From the NCBI RefSeq assembly GCF_009914755.1, contig NC_060928.1: a stretch of DNA of 64,000 nt; one strand, given 5' to 3'. The position numbers and the translations under genes are program-made. The notes beneath the pieces were generated by a model. That model ran no database searches. It was given only the letters and a program-made list of their open reading frames with translations, and was not told where the DNA came from. The DNA is from the human T2T-CHM13v2.0 reference genome, Homo sapiens. Each line of letters opens with the position of its first letter. The stretch's first letter is position 1. Below, in pieces: positions 13,117 through 30,754 of this stretch.

Positions 13117-15460
13117 TTTGTTAATAATTTCAATATTTTTCGAAAAGCTACACATTGTATTATTATGGTTTTGTTCTATTTAGAGGTTTTTGGCATGAGA
13201 ATTTCTTGTCAACGTACAAATTACTCATTTAGTAAATTGCATTTTGGAAACACAAAAACCGTCTCAGTGTCTCATTATTTATAAATACCAAAGCTGTAAC
13301 AAATGTACAATAGCTTAGTATATTGTACAGTATACTCCAGGCTTTTAGAAAAGTTATTGGTGCCAACATGCCCTTTAAATGCAAGTAGAGCAAAGGTGCA
13401 TTTCAGAAAAATAATATCATCTTGTGGCCTTTGCAGCATGGAATTTACTGATAAAGACAATAGAGTCTGAACCAACTTCTCAACACTGAACAGTAGCAGA
13501 AATATTAAATCTAAACATTTCAAAATATGGAATGTCAATCATTACATTTGTAGATATTTTTGCATAACTTTTCATTTTGAGGCAGTAGGTCAAGGAGTTT
13601 GAGACTTCATTTAATTAAACAGTATTTTGATATACTCTTGACTACAGTCTCTTAGCAACAGTGTAAAATGTAAATTACATTAAGAAGGAAAAATCAGAAT
13701 GTAAGTATATTTACAGATGAATATTGAAAGAGATAGAAGGTCATTATAGTAATCATAATTCCAATATTCTAGAAATCAAACACAAAGACGTACACAGTCT
13801 GACGAAGACATCATGGATGAGTCCATCATCAGGCAGGAAGGTGATATTGGATGATACGTTGACATAGTAATTGTATAAATAAAAATATGTTTGAAATTAA
13901 TTAGGTGAGAATTTGAACAATTTTTCAGGTTACTTGAGCTTACGTATAGTGTCCATTAAAGCACGTTCTTTTTTATCTAAACTTATTCCCATATGCTGAG
14001 ATCATTCCACTCTTTTTATAGTTAAGACTCTATTATGTACTGGCATAAAATCTGATATTTCTCCTTTATGTCATTCGTTACAACTGCATTTAATTTTATT
14101 TGGAAATTGTTTAATTGTTTTTTCACGCTAGGTTGTGTGTCCAATGTGAACAGGGTCTGTGTTGCTACTTCATAACTGTATCCTTGATGTCTGACATATA
14201 ATAGATAATGTACAATTTTTATCCAGAGTTTTCTAGGGAGAGATATAGAGAGTTAGAAGTAGCCAAAAAGAATACAAATCATACTGTCAAGTAGATCACA
14301 ACCTGAGTTGTACAGGAACACATGTAAAAATGTTAAATATTCATACATGCTTCCATTTCCAGTTATGATTTAACATAGGTAAGTTGGGGTTAGAGAAGCA
14401 TGTGGTAATTTTTAATAATCTAGAGATGCAGAAAATATTTTTGATCAGATATCCATAAGGATGTTAATTTTCAGCTGCTATTCTAGCAAATTGTAATGAT
14501 TGTCACGAGGACGTTCTCCATTTATATTCATGAATATAAACATTTCAGAGTTATAGTTACCTTCGAGATTTGATTAAAGCTCTAGATTCCCTCCAGCAGA
14601 AAACAAAACAAACATTTAGAAAAAGCACAAGTGTTTATTTCTTATATTTCACTTCATGAACTTTTTGAACCTTTGTAATGGATTTCAACTTAAAACCTTT
14701 ATTTTAGAGTGCAAGGAACTATTTTTATACTGTTTACAATTGTTGTAACTGTAGTATACAAGGCAAATAGTTTCATCTATATTTTTCCTGATGTGTAAGC
14801 GTCTTACTGAATTACAGTGTTTGATTCTTCACTTGATAATTGTCTTTTGGTTATTTAACCTTCTACTGACTGAATTTCACATCTCTTTGAACTATTTTTA
14901 GATATCAGTAATAATCTGTGTAGATTGGATCAGAACTATATCCTACAAATAATACATTGGCGATTTGGGTATTCTCTAGTTAAATTGCTAGTATGTTCAT
15001 AACTAAAGTGAGTTTTAAATGGGCTTTGTAGTTGTTGTTTAAAGACAGATATTTAAACAAAGGCTCTGGGTGTAATAACAATGATGCTACCTTCAGTGCA
15101 CGGCAGGCCTTTCATCCGTGGAGCATAAAATGCCTCACTTATGCCATCAGAGGTGGGAATGTGGATGTGTAAACAACTTTCCACTTGGTCGGGATGTCAT
15201 CCAGCTATGGAAGGACCATCTTTTCCGTAATAAAATCTTCAGAGGATAAGACTTAAAGAGATCAGAGGGAGAAAAATTATTTCTTTATGAGGATTTTTTC
15301 TTTATTCCCTGTTGTAATCTTCCAAATAAGAATAATCAAATAGATCACTTTTTATTAGGGAGATAATAGCTAATTAGCTAAAAAATAGATAGATATACAC
15401 ATGAAACTAGAGAAGTCCCTGCACCAAATCCATGTAAAGGCTCTACTCTTTCCTATATTT

Positions 15461-17404
<1,944 letters not shown>

Positions 17405-17494
17405 GAAGGGAAGGATTAGAGAGTTGTAGGTTTTATAACATTATGTTTGAAGAACTACATTTACTATAAATTTGAACAATTTTCCATGTCTTAG

Positions 17495-17849
<355 letters not shown>

Positions 17850-18331
17850 AACATTATTTCTATGAGGAGTAAATGAGCCATAACCACTATTCCTCTACTC
17901 CTGGCACATAGTGATATCTCAGTATTAAACTCAACGAATTTCAAAGTAATTTTTTTTAAATGCAAGTATTGATGTTACAATATGACACACTGCATGTATT
18001 TAAGTAGATGCGATGGCAGAAAGTATTTAAATGGTTTTGATAATTACGTATTTTCTTTGGAAGTGAGACGGTAAATTATTTCTAATTTGTGCCAATTATT
18101 TATAACATGATTTTCTTGAAAAGGTCTAGTGTATTTCATGTCAATTTATATAGCTGATTTTCAAAAATACTCTAATTTTATACAGTATCTATTTCAATAT
18201 GAGTTGTCATTTCTACATATATAAAAAGTATAGGATTTTCAAATTTTGTATTCGTACTGAAATGATATCGATACAATCTATTTTCTTGACCACTTCGTGG
18301 GATTCATGAGAGGGATGCCCCATGGTCAACC

Positions 18332-19257
18332 TATGGTACTTGACCCCTCGAGGGAGGGAGCAAGCAAGGGAATGAGCACGGGAACCAGCCAGCTGCTTCT
18401 GCGCCAGCAGGAGCAATCTCCATTACTAAGGCCTGCTGCACCCCACCCTTCATGGGAGGGAGTGTGAAGGCAAGAGAATATGGGACCCAGCTAGCCACAT
18501 TGGCACTAGCAGGAGCAAACTTCGTGCAGGCCCTACAGCGGCGTCCTGGTTGGGGTGCCTGCAATCCCAAGGCCACAGAAGGCATGCTACTATGCTTTCC
18601 TAGCTCCACGGTCCACGAAGAGCAGTGTATTATCTGCTCAGTGGGCCCCCCGCCTCTTTGTGTGTGGTGACTGCCCTCCCCCAGTGAGGGCAAAAGGCCA
18701 GTGTGACAGCCTTTTTGGGTACTCACACTTGGTAGGTTCTGAATTCTTGTCCAGTGCCCGATAAGAATGAGGTTACATGAACAAATTGAAGGACAGTGAA
18801 TATGGAGAATTTTATTGAGCCATGAAAGTGGCTCTCATTGGAGAGGGGAGCTGAAAAGGGGACAGGAAGGGTGGGTCGCTCTCCCCTGAAGTCAAGGGCT
18901 TCAGAGGCTCTCTGCCTCTCTCCCTCCAAAGTCAAGTTGCCTTTCTCCAACATCAGCCCTCATCTCTAAAGTCAAGTTGACTCTATCCAACATCCAGCTG
19001 CTTCTCCTCACTACTGGCTGAGTCTCAGGTCTTTATAGGCATGGGATGGTGGGGCAGGGCAGGCCGTAGGTAGTTTTGGAAAAGGCAACATTCAGTTGGT
19101 AAAAGGACATTATTCTGTCTTTGGGACAGAGCAGGCAAACAAGAATAGAAGTTTCACTTTGGGCTGCAGGTTTCAGGCTACTTTTGGCTTAAAGATGGGG
19201 CTTTGCCAGGGACCTGCCCCTGTCAGCCTGGAATTTCTCTGCCTTTTGCCTCTATTA
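18332..19257 (-). mobile_element. ERV1-class solo LTR (LTR1/LTR27/MER52 group)
   Basis: GC-rich 0.9-kb block; minus strand begins (t)aatagaggcaaaaggcagagaaattccaggctgacaggggcaggtccctggcaaagcccc; AATAAA on minus at about 18812; subfamily uncertain. Confidence 0.75.
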
Positions 19258-20949
19258 ATATCAAGCCTGATGTTTTCTCAATGGTAAATCCAGAATAAAG
19301 TCATTAATGTATTTACTTAGATTCTCAAAGATAATTAGCTTTTAGTGGTATCATTTTGGAATGCACAACCAAGAAAAAAAAAGTTCTACTACTCTCTAAA
19401 TGTCTAGAAAATGAGGTATTTTCTATGAGAGAAATTTAATGTTCTTTTTTTTCTCTCCTGACAACAGTATCTTACAAATCAGTGCCAAATGATGCACAAA
19501 AATCCCTAGGTATCTTAAAGAGGAAAAAATTATGTAGGTAAACAGATAAATCTTTAGAACATTTGTCTTTATGGGAGCAACTCCTGCTGTTGGTCTCTAA
19601 CCTGTAGGACATTAGTCTTCCCTAAATTGCCAATGGTGTTCCACATCTCAATGATAAATAGAAATCACTGGAAAAAATAGCACATTCTTCCACAGAGAAT
19701 TTCCAGACAGACATAGGCCTTTAAGAAAAATGCATGCATAAACTAGATTATTTTCCATTGTGGCACATTTCACGCTAGGTCTTTACCCACAAGTCATTTT
19801 TCTCAGTTGTACAGAAAAAAAAAAAAAAAGAAATAGCTTTGAGTAAGACATTACATAAAAGTGTACACTAACATGATTGTTTATATTTAAGTGGAACAAG
19901 AAGGAAGATTCCACATCAGAGAGCATTCATCATATGTAATGAATGATTAATCACCAAAGACTGCTTTTCATTTTCAAATAACTTTAGTAGAATGGTGTGG
20001 CTGTTTGAAGTAATAAGCTTTATTCATTATCCCATTAACATATTTGGGGGAAAACTATTTACAACAACTTTCTTCTTTATGAAATAGTTTCAGATGACAA
20101 ATTTAATCATTTACTTTTGGTTGCATTGTGAAACAATTTAGTTAGAAATATTTCTCATGTTTTCTAAAAATTATCAACATGCTTGGATAGACAATTCAGC
20201 ATATTTTACTCTCAACTTTTGCTATATATACCAAAAAATATTGCACAAGAGACAAATCAAAAGTAGGATGGCGGGGTCGGGGTTGATACAGAGAAGTGGA
20301 GAGAGAGGAAAAAAAAAACAGCTCTATAAATTGTCTTCACAAATGACAATAATCACCACACATGGGATCTTAGTACAAAGTGCCAACTTTTATCAATTAT
20401 TCTCACTTTTCTCCTCAGGACATATGTATGTGAGGTGGCATCCCTTTTGTCTTTGTGCCATTGCTTTTAAACAAGTGATTGCATGCTTATTTCACACTCT
20501 GAAGCATAGTTCCTGATTGACTTCATGTACCTGTTTATGAACAATTGCTGTGACTGACCTTTGGAGCCAGATGCTCCATAAGTTGCCATTTACTTTTTAC
20601 AAATGAGTTGCAATTGGCAATAGTTAATCAAACTGATGACATTCATTAACAAGACATCACTGTTTACAAGTTAATACTATTGATCTTTCTCTTAGAGCAC
20701 ATAGTTACATTGAGAATTAGCAATTCTATGATAAAGTCGGTAGAGTTGTGAACATTTTTAGAAGTCTACTTTTATGTAAAATTGAATGTTTGTTGTATTG
20801 TTTGTTTACATAAGTATGTTGAGGTAGATGGATTGAGAGAGACAGAGAGAAACAAGGAGGAAGGGAGAGAAGAAAATGAAGAGAAAATGGGAGCATCAAT
20901 AAATACATGCCAATGTCTAGTACCTAAAAATCACATTTTATTAGTCCTC

Positions 20950-21540
20950 TCTAGCTAAGCCAAAGAACACCCAGAACACATCTGTAGCTTAACAAGTGGA
21001 ATTTATTACTTCTTATTTCAAAGGGATACCATACAATATCGGGGAAAATTGTATGTTCCAGTAAAAGTGTATTAGGAAAAACATGCTATATGATTTGTGC
21101 TTCTATTGGGAGATTTTACTGATGATTTGAGGAAGTGAGGCTTTGCTCTGAATTGGATCTTGTCAGGAAGCAGAGAAAACAGTACAATTGGGTATCTTAA
21201 TAAATCTTATCTAGAAGGAAGAAACACGAGACCAAAGGTAAAGCCATAATTGGTAAAGAAGCATGAATCACTCACATTATCCAGCGAGGGGATAAACTTG
21301 GTTATTTTTGTAGTTTTAATGTTTTTTCTGAGTTCAGACATGGTTACAATGTCTTGATTTTACCTTAATCCTTTGTAGCCACAAAGTGGACTTGTCTGAT
21401 ATTGATATTCTGGGCCATAGTTTATGTTCACAGGAGAACGCCAAGGCCTAGCTGTGAGGGCCTTGCCAGCTCAAAGCAAAATCAAGTCCTGGCTGATATT
21501 ATCAGGACAACTCTTGGATGTCAAGGACTGCTCTTCTCTT
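20950..21540 (-). mobile_element. Old LTR-like element, family unresolved
   Basis: tttattactt (antisense poly(A) signal) followed by LTR-like composition. Confidence 0.35.
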
Positions 21541-22879
21541 TCTAATATTTAAGAAATATTTTCTGAGCACCCATCATGTGAAACACGGTGTATTAGGCTA
21601 AAAATTAACGCTATTTAAAGAAAGTAAAAAAATCAAAATATCGATAAGCCTATGGAACTTACATTGTTATCATTCTACTTTACAATCAACAGTTCAAATT
21701 ATTAAACTGCTATTTTTAAGTTTATGAAGGTGTATGATCTTAGATAATGAGCCCATTCCAATTTTGATTAAAGGTTTAACATTTAACTTAATGCATATTC
21801 CTGGAATATCAATCAACACTCTATCCACAAAAAAGTATCAATTATGATTATTTAATTTTTAATATGTAAATTGTATATTAAAACATATTTATCCACATGA
21901 CTTTTGAAAATAACTTTAAAGTTACTTATTTAGCCATAAAAAGAGCCATATTTTTAAGATTTTTGTTACAGGCAACATCACATAATAAAGTTAATCCATT
22001 ATACATGGATTTAAAGAAGTGAATGCCCTTCCAAGAGGTACTAGAATAATATAACTAGCCTCTATTAATTTACTTTCAATCCTGATTTTCACATTTTATT
22101 TAAAGAGTCTTAAAGTACTGGGTGACATTTGAAGATGACAGACCATAAATATGAATTGCTTCTACTATTTTTCAAGTGGAATAAAGATAACTTGGCCTCA
22201 TATCAAAATTCCTGCATTGATTTCTTGCTCTAGTAGAAATCCATAAATCAACTAACATTCTGTCTTACTGAATTTTTTTTAAAGTTGATCATAATAATCC
22301 CCCTTCTAGCCAAATATGTTTTTCTTAAGGACTAAATGAGATAAGCCATATTTCAGACTGTAATAATTATCCTCTATTACCCTACAATTTTCTCTTAATG
22401 TCCCTCTATCATCCCTTAGTCTTCACATTCCTTAACGTGAGAGAGTGTGTATTGTGTATGCTGACACAAATTAGGTGTTAAATCAGTGTTTATTGATTAA
22501 AACAATGAATATAATAAAAATATTTTGCATGAAATACAACAGAATTTTTGTTTTGATTACCGCAGTTTAAAAGGCATACTACAGAAAGAAAAAATAACCA
22601 GTATTTTGATTACGTAAGTATTGAAGTCTATTTTTCTCAAATTTTCAACTAACTTGAATGATATTAAACCAAACTTTTATTTTCCCACCAATTAACTTTA
22701 CATAGAAAATTGACTGATACAGTATAAACCAATTTAAAAGAATCGAAGGCAATGCAAAACCCTTAAAATTTGCATCGACTAAATTCTGACTATATTTTAT
22801 GATCATAATATAAAAAGGGGCATTTTCACTCCTTGCACTTCAAAATGTAACACCAAAAATTATTAAAATTAAGAGGTAT

Positions 22880-24660
<1,781 letters not shown>

Positions 24661-24926
24661 TAAAAATATGTAAATGAAATCTCAACTCTTGAGAAAAATG
24701 TTAAAAAGAGTGTCTTTAGATTTCAACCATTCGTAGACAGGGCAAGAGGGTAAAAGTAATTTTCTGAGCAGGCACTGAAGATATAATTGTATTTGTCACA
24801 GACTAAAACAAACAAAACAAACCTTTTTTTCTTCAATTAAGTGCTTTCTGCATTTTTTATAACTATCTACTAAAAATGCATGACTTTTTCTCAACATTAG
24901 GTAAAGAGGCATAAAAAGTACCCTGC

Positions 24927-25223
24927 AACTCCTGAGCTCGTGATCCATCCGCCTTGGCCTCCCAAAGTGCTGGGATTACAGGTGTGAGCCACCGCACCTG
25001 GCCCAACATGGTGAAACCCAGTCTCTACTAAAAATACAAAACTTAGCCAGGAGTGGTGGCGGGCGCCTGTAATCCCAGCTACTCGGGAGGCTGAAGCAGG
25101 AGAATGGCGTGAGCCCGGGAGGCAGATGTTGCAGTGATGTTGCAGTGAGCTGAGAATGTGCCATTGCACTCCAGCCTGGGACACAGTGAGACTCTGTTTC
25201 AAAAAAAAAAAAAAAAAAAAAAA
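24927..25223 (+). mobile_element. Alu with inverted 5' segment
   Basis: 24927-25003 is the reverse complement of Alu nt about 1-77; 25004-25223 is sense Alu from 'caacatggtgaaacc' to poly(A). Confidence 0.9.
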
Positions 25224-26956
25224 GTAGTCTACATATAATTTTCTGTCCTTCACTCTCTTTTCTATTTTCTCTCCTTTCCACACTCTCTTATGATTGCCAT
25301 TTCTAAAATCCCTCTTATGCAAAATTTCTGGAATCCTCATTGTGTTTGGCATCACGTAACTTGAATAGAAATTACAACTCAATAAATAGGGCTAAGATTT
25401 CTTCACAGTAGATTTTTAGGAGTATGAAAGTGGGATTTGGGGGCAGATAAAGAAAATCGTTTGAAAACTATATTTAGAAAATAGAGTTCATTTATTCCAA
25501 TTTTATACTATTGGGGAGGTCTTTGTCAGCCTCTGAAGAGGATGAATTAAGACCCCACCTTCAAGCCTCTTCTTGGCACTGCCTTTTATTGGAATATATT
25601 AGAGGAAATATTAAGCTAAGATTTAATTAATGGTAGTAATGAAGAAAAATTGGGTAGGGTGTAGAGTGAGGCATGTTAATATATGTTAAGGTAGGTCCCT
25701 GGAAGAGAAACAGCAGATAACTGGAACTACTACTGCACTGTCACTGCGCAAAAGCTGTTTTTTCCTCAACTATTGTCCATGATCCTTCCCTTAAGAGTTG
25801 AAATCTACTTATAAGACTCCTAAGGTGTTTCTTTCATATTGCTTCCATTTTATTCCCTAAATCAACATTATTTTGAATATTAAATGATATGTTTCATTTG
25901 AATGACAAGAAAACAGGCCCCTGCTGCTGATGTCTATCTTGATATGACCAAAATATTTCTAAACACACACAGAAAAACAATCTGAGTCTTAATAATAAAA
26001 CTCAAGTAATAAGACACAAAGTTGTAATAGAGAAAGACATCTTGAGGCTTTAACTAATAATTTAAATAAGATTAAAATATTATTTTGAAGAAGAGATTAA
26101 AAGTTTACAGAAATGAAACTGATAAAATGTACACACACATAAACAAACAGACACCTCAGAATTTCATTAAATAAAAATAAAATTTTCAAATCGGTACGTT
26201 CAGAGGCCCTATGAACTAGATTCTATCATTGAGATTCTTTTTCTTTCCTTTATTTTCCTCTTATAAATAATACCACTTTGAAATTTTAGACTTTAAAAAC
26301 ATCTGAGATTTGTAACTTTTTTATTTTAATCATTAAATACTTTATCACTTTTCTTTTTAATAGAATTATTTCAAATAATGTAAAGCTTGTGATTATACTA
26401 CTTATAATTTTCTTCAAAAGACGTTTTAAAAGCAGACACATCATTTCAGTTTGTGTTGATTTCAGAGAGAAATGGAACTGTGGCATTAAACAATTTCAGG
26501 TTGGAAGAAAGTTTATTGTACACACATTATGTGGAGATTTGTTCAGAAAAACATTTGGGTATCAGGCTTGTATAGCACAGCCAGGCAGAGAAAGGATCCA
26601 AAAAGAATTGAATTGCTGAACTAGCAAATATATACTGAAATCATCAGATAATTAAAAGGGCTTAAACATTGTCAAAAACAAGTTAAGAAAAAGGCTAATG
26701 ATTTCAACCAACTTAGAAGGGTCAAGACTGCTTAACAGTGCAAGGAATGATGTTGAAACTTCAAACATCATTTTCCAATCACAAGCCTTGTGATCTTGCC
26801 ACTTAATCATGTAGGTGTAATTTTTTTAAGTGCAAAGGAAACTATTAAATGTTTAAAGTTGAAAATTAAAACAGAAAAGTAAATATATCTTACTGAGATT
26901 CAATATATAAAATTGCTGACCATATGATAATGAATGAAAAAAACTATAAAACATGA

Positions 26957-27311
<355 letters not shown>

Positions 27312-27959
27312 AAGCACACAGTCTTAATATAAATCAAATGTGTAGTGTGATAACCAAATGTCAAAAGATAAAGATAAAACTATACATTCTGTTTCTATCA
27401 CTCCTATCTGCCCATGACAAGCCTATCTTTTTGGTTCAACATTATTTTCCCCTGGTATTGATACCTTCCTAGATTCCTCTTTACCAAATAACATTTCTTT
27501 CAGGCCAAATTTGGATTAGCAGATAAAAGGACAACTGGAGGCTTGTGTAAAACAGAGTGCTGCCTTTCTACATAGTATTTAAAGAGGAAACATAAGATGA
27601 AACTCTAATACCAAATTAGTCCTCAAGTGACTTTTAAATATTTGATTATTTTTGGCTAATAACGATATCATCCGTATTTTTAGATCTGGACAAAACCAGA
27701 GATGTGTTCAGGACATTTGACTGTATGTATTAAGTCCTTTATTTAAATATTATTGAGAGTTTGTGTTAATAGCTCTGCATCCAACAATAACAACAAAAAC
27801 AAAGACATAGAAACAAAACAAGCCTGTGAATCTGAACACTATTCTTTACGCAGTACCTATGTTTCTTGCCTCATGCATCTCATGTCTTCTGAACTGCTTA
27901 CGAAGTTACAGTCACTGTGTCCTCTGGATATTTCTTTGTCAACTTTAACAGTTGTGTGG

Positions 27960-28560
27960 GGTTTCTTTCTTAGACTTTATTTGTAGAGCAGTTTTTGGTT
28001 CACAGCAAAGTGGAGCAGAAGGCACAGAGATTTCCCGTTTTCATCCTGCCCCCACCGGTGTACATCCTCCCCTCTGTAATCAGCCTCCTCCACTAGGGGT
28101 ACATTTGTCACAGCTGATGAGCCTACACTAATGCATACATCATTATCACCCAGAGTCCATAGTTATGTTAGGGTTCACTCTTGACATTGTATATTCCATG
28201 GGTTTGGACGAATGTATAATGACATGTGTCCACCATGACAGAATCATACTGAGTAATTTTACCAACCTAAAAACCCTCTATACTCTCTTTGTTATCTATT
28301 TCTACCTGCTATCACCTGGAAGTCACAGACCTTTTTACTATCTCTCTAGTTTTGCCTTTTCCAGAATGTCATATAATTGGAATCGTGTACGTGGCCTTTT
28401 CAGATTGGCTTCTTTCACATAGTAATATAATTTAAGTATCCTCCATGACTTCTCATGGCCTCATAGCTCATTTCTTTTTAGCACTGAATAATATTCCACT
28501 GTCTGGATGTACCTCATTTATTCATCACCTACTGAAGGCCATTTCAGTTGTTTCCCTGAT
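27960..28560 (-). mobile_element. Old L1 3' end (L1MC/L1MD-type)
   Basis: ttagactttatttgtagagcagtttttggttcacagcaaag...ttttccagaatgtcatataattggaatc...ttagcactgaataatattcc. Confidence 0.8.
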
Positions 28561-28669
28561 TAATTTTTACATGATTTCTCAAAGAGCAAATACTTCAGAG
28601 GTTCCTGGCTAATTTATAATATTCTGTCCACTAGGACAACTAAGTTGAAGCAAACATAACCTATAGTGA

Positions 28670-29320
28670 ATACTCCCTCAAAGGTAATTACTATTCTAAT
28701 TTCTATCACCATAGATGGGTTTTGCCTGTTCTTGACTCTCATATAACTGAAAACATATAGTATGTAAACTTCTGTAACTGGCTTTTTTTCCTCTCTCTAT
28801 ATATGTTTTGCTCTACGTGATGGCTTTCAGAGTGGTACATGTTACTGCATACGGGAATACTTCATTCTTTTGATTACTATTAGTAAGGATTATGGGGTTA
28901 ACTTTGGGTTATTATGAACACAACTGTTAAGACTTTTAAAACTTATCTTTTGGTGGCAGAACCACTCATTTCTGTTAGGCATATACCTAGAGATTGATTT
29001 CCTGTTTCATATGTCTACACATTCAGGTTAAGTAGACACTGCCAAATAGTTTTTTAAAGTAGTTACATAAATTTAGATACTCACTAGCAGCATCTGAGAA
29101 TTCCAGTTATTCTGTATCTTTACCAGCCTTTGGTATTCGCTATTCTTTTAATGGTATGACCCTGGAAGTCGAATAATACCTCATTATAGAACCAATTCAC
29201 ATTTCCCCAATGAGTAAAGATTTTGAGCAATTTTTCATTTGCTCAATTTATTTATCAGCCTTTGCAAGAGTCTTTTTTGAGAAGCATCTACGTGTTTACT
29301 TTTTACTATTGATTTTTAAA
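28670..29320 (-). mobile_element. Old L1 (L1ME-type) fragment
   Basis: ctattctaatttctatcaccatagat...tttgcctgttcttgact...ctgttaggcatatacctagagattg. Confidence 0.7.
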
Positions 29321-30754
29321 AATAATTTTACATAAAAGGAAAGGCCATTCTACTATTGAGTGGGCTTATTAGCATGTATGACTTATATTGAACCTCAAGT
29401 ACAGTGGATGGGAAATAATTGCAGATAAATATGTTAACTGGATACTCACAATAGCACAATCCTTTCATCTGACTTTTCAGGTAATAAGTACATAAAAAAC
29501 AAAGCCTTTAATTTGAAAGGTTCGTAGCTGATGCTGCAGGACTGCTTTGTGATAAATATGTGCTGGGAAATGGACACAAGACAGGATTATCAGGCAAAAT
29601 TAATGGTATTTGTGTCCCAGCTGAGTCATAAGTATTACCAGATTCTTGCCAATTATTTGAATTAGGTTGGATAAAGATGGGAAAATCCATAACACAATTA
29701 AATAGCCTTTAGACTTTCCCTTTTTTTTCTCTACTCTAGACCCTCTTATTTCTATACTTTGCATTTCATCATCAACTTCTGTCTGAGAATAAATTGGTTT
29801 ATGCCCAAGAATATTAATCTGGTATATATTTTGTCTGACATCCAAACATTATTTACAAGGGGAAGCATCAATGAATAAGTTAGTGAAGTATGTAAAATCC
29901 TGTTTATGCTGAAGAGCCCTTTTCATAAACGAGATTATGGAACACTTGTATTATTACTAAATTAAATTAATTAAAGCCTATCATCCTTACTCTAGTTCAA
30001 TCATTTATTTAATGCACACAGTATGTCTAATTTATGTATTATAATATATTCCCCAAAATGAAGAAGCTTATAATTAATATCTGTCATTTTTGGAATAGGA
30101 AAAACTATTTAGGTCTAATATGAAACGTGTCTATAAAATGAGAACAGTGATTCTGAAAATCACAGAGTCCAGGTCACTTATAGTCAATATTTTTTAATTA
30201 AAAAAAAAACCACTTGATCTTATAATCTGACTAATAAGAATATATTATGAAGGAAGACTTGCAGGCATGCAGATATCATTATTTATCATATAAACTTAAA
30301 TGATATCAGCATCAAACAAAAGTATGATAGTCAGATAATTTATATTGTATCCAGAATACGCAGTTTTAAATATCACTAAAAGTAATAGCATGTGAATACA
30401 TGTTAAGTGTATTTCAGGATAAAGAATATTTTAATTAGAAATATATATATATATAAAAATGTTTTTTCTAGTTTCTTAATTAATGAATTTATTTATAGAT
30501 AAGAAATATGTATATTCTCGTGACATGCCTTATGTGCTGGCATTATTGATGATAACTGTTTCATTCATTGTATATTACATATTTTTGAAATAAATATGAT
30601 TTACTTTAGTCATCAAAACAGCATGGCGGTACATATAATCTGTAATTTTCCTCCTAACAACTTGTTTTTAATATAATTTATTTCACTTTAAGTTTATATT
30701 TTTCTATTATTTTGTATTTACAAGCCCACAACTAATATCATAAGGTTTATATAT

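Noticed and set aside
9551-15460. Completed inversion between the two L1s
   Set aside because: Each L1 keeps its own subfamily-type sites on both sides of the shared tract, and swapping flanks does not restore TSDs, so there is no evidence of a crossover in this haplotype.
18213-18953. Cluster of overlapping ORFs or CpG-island promoter
   Set aside because: Explained by the GC-rich solo LTR; CpG density is low.
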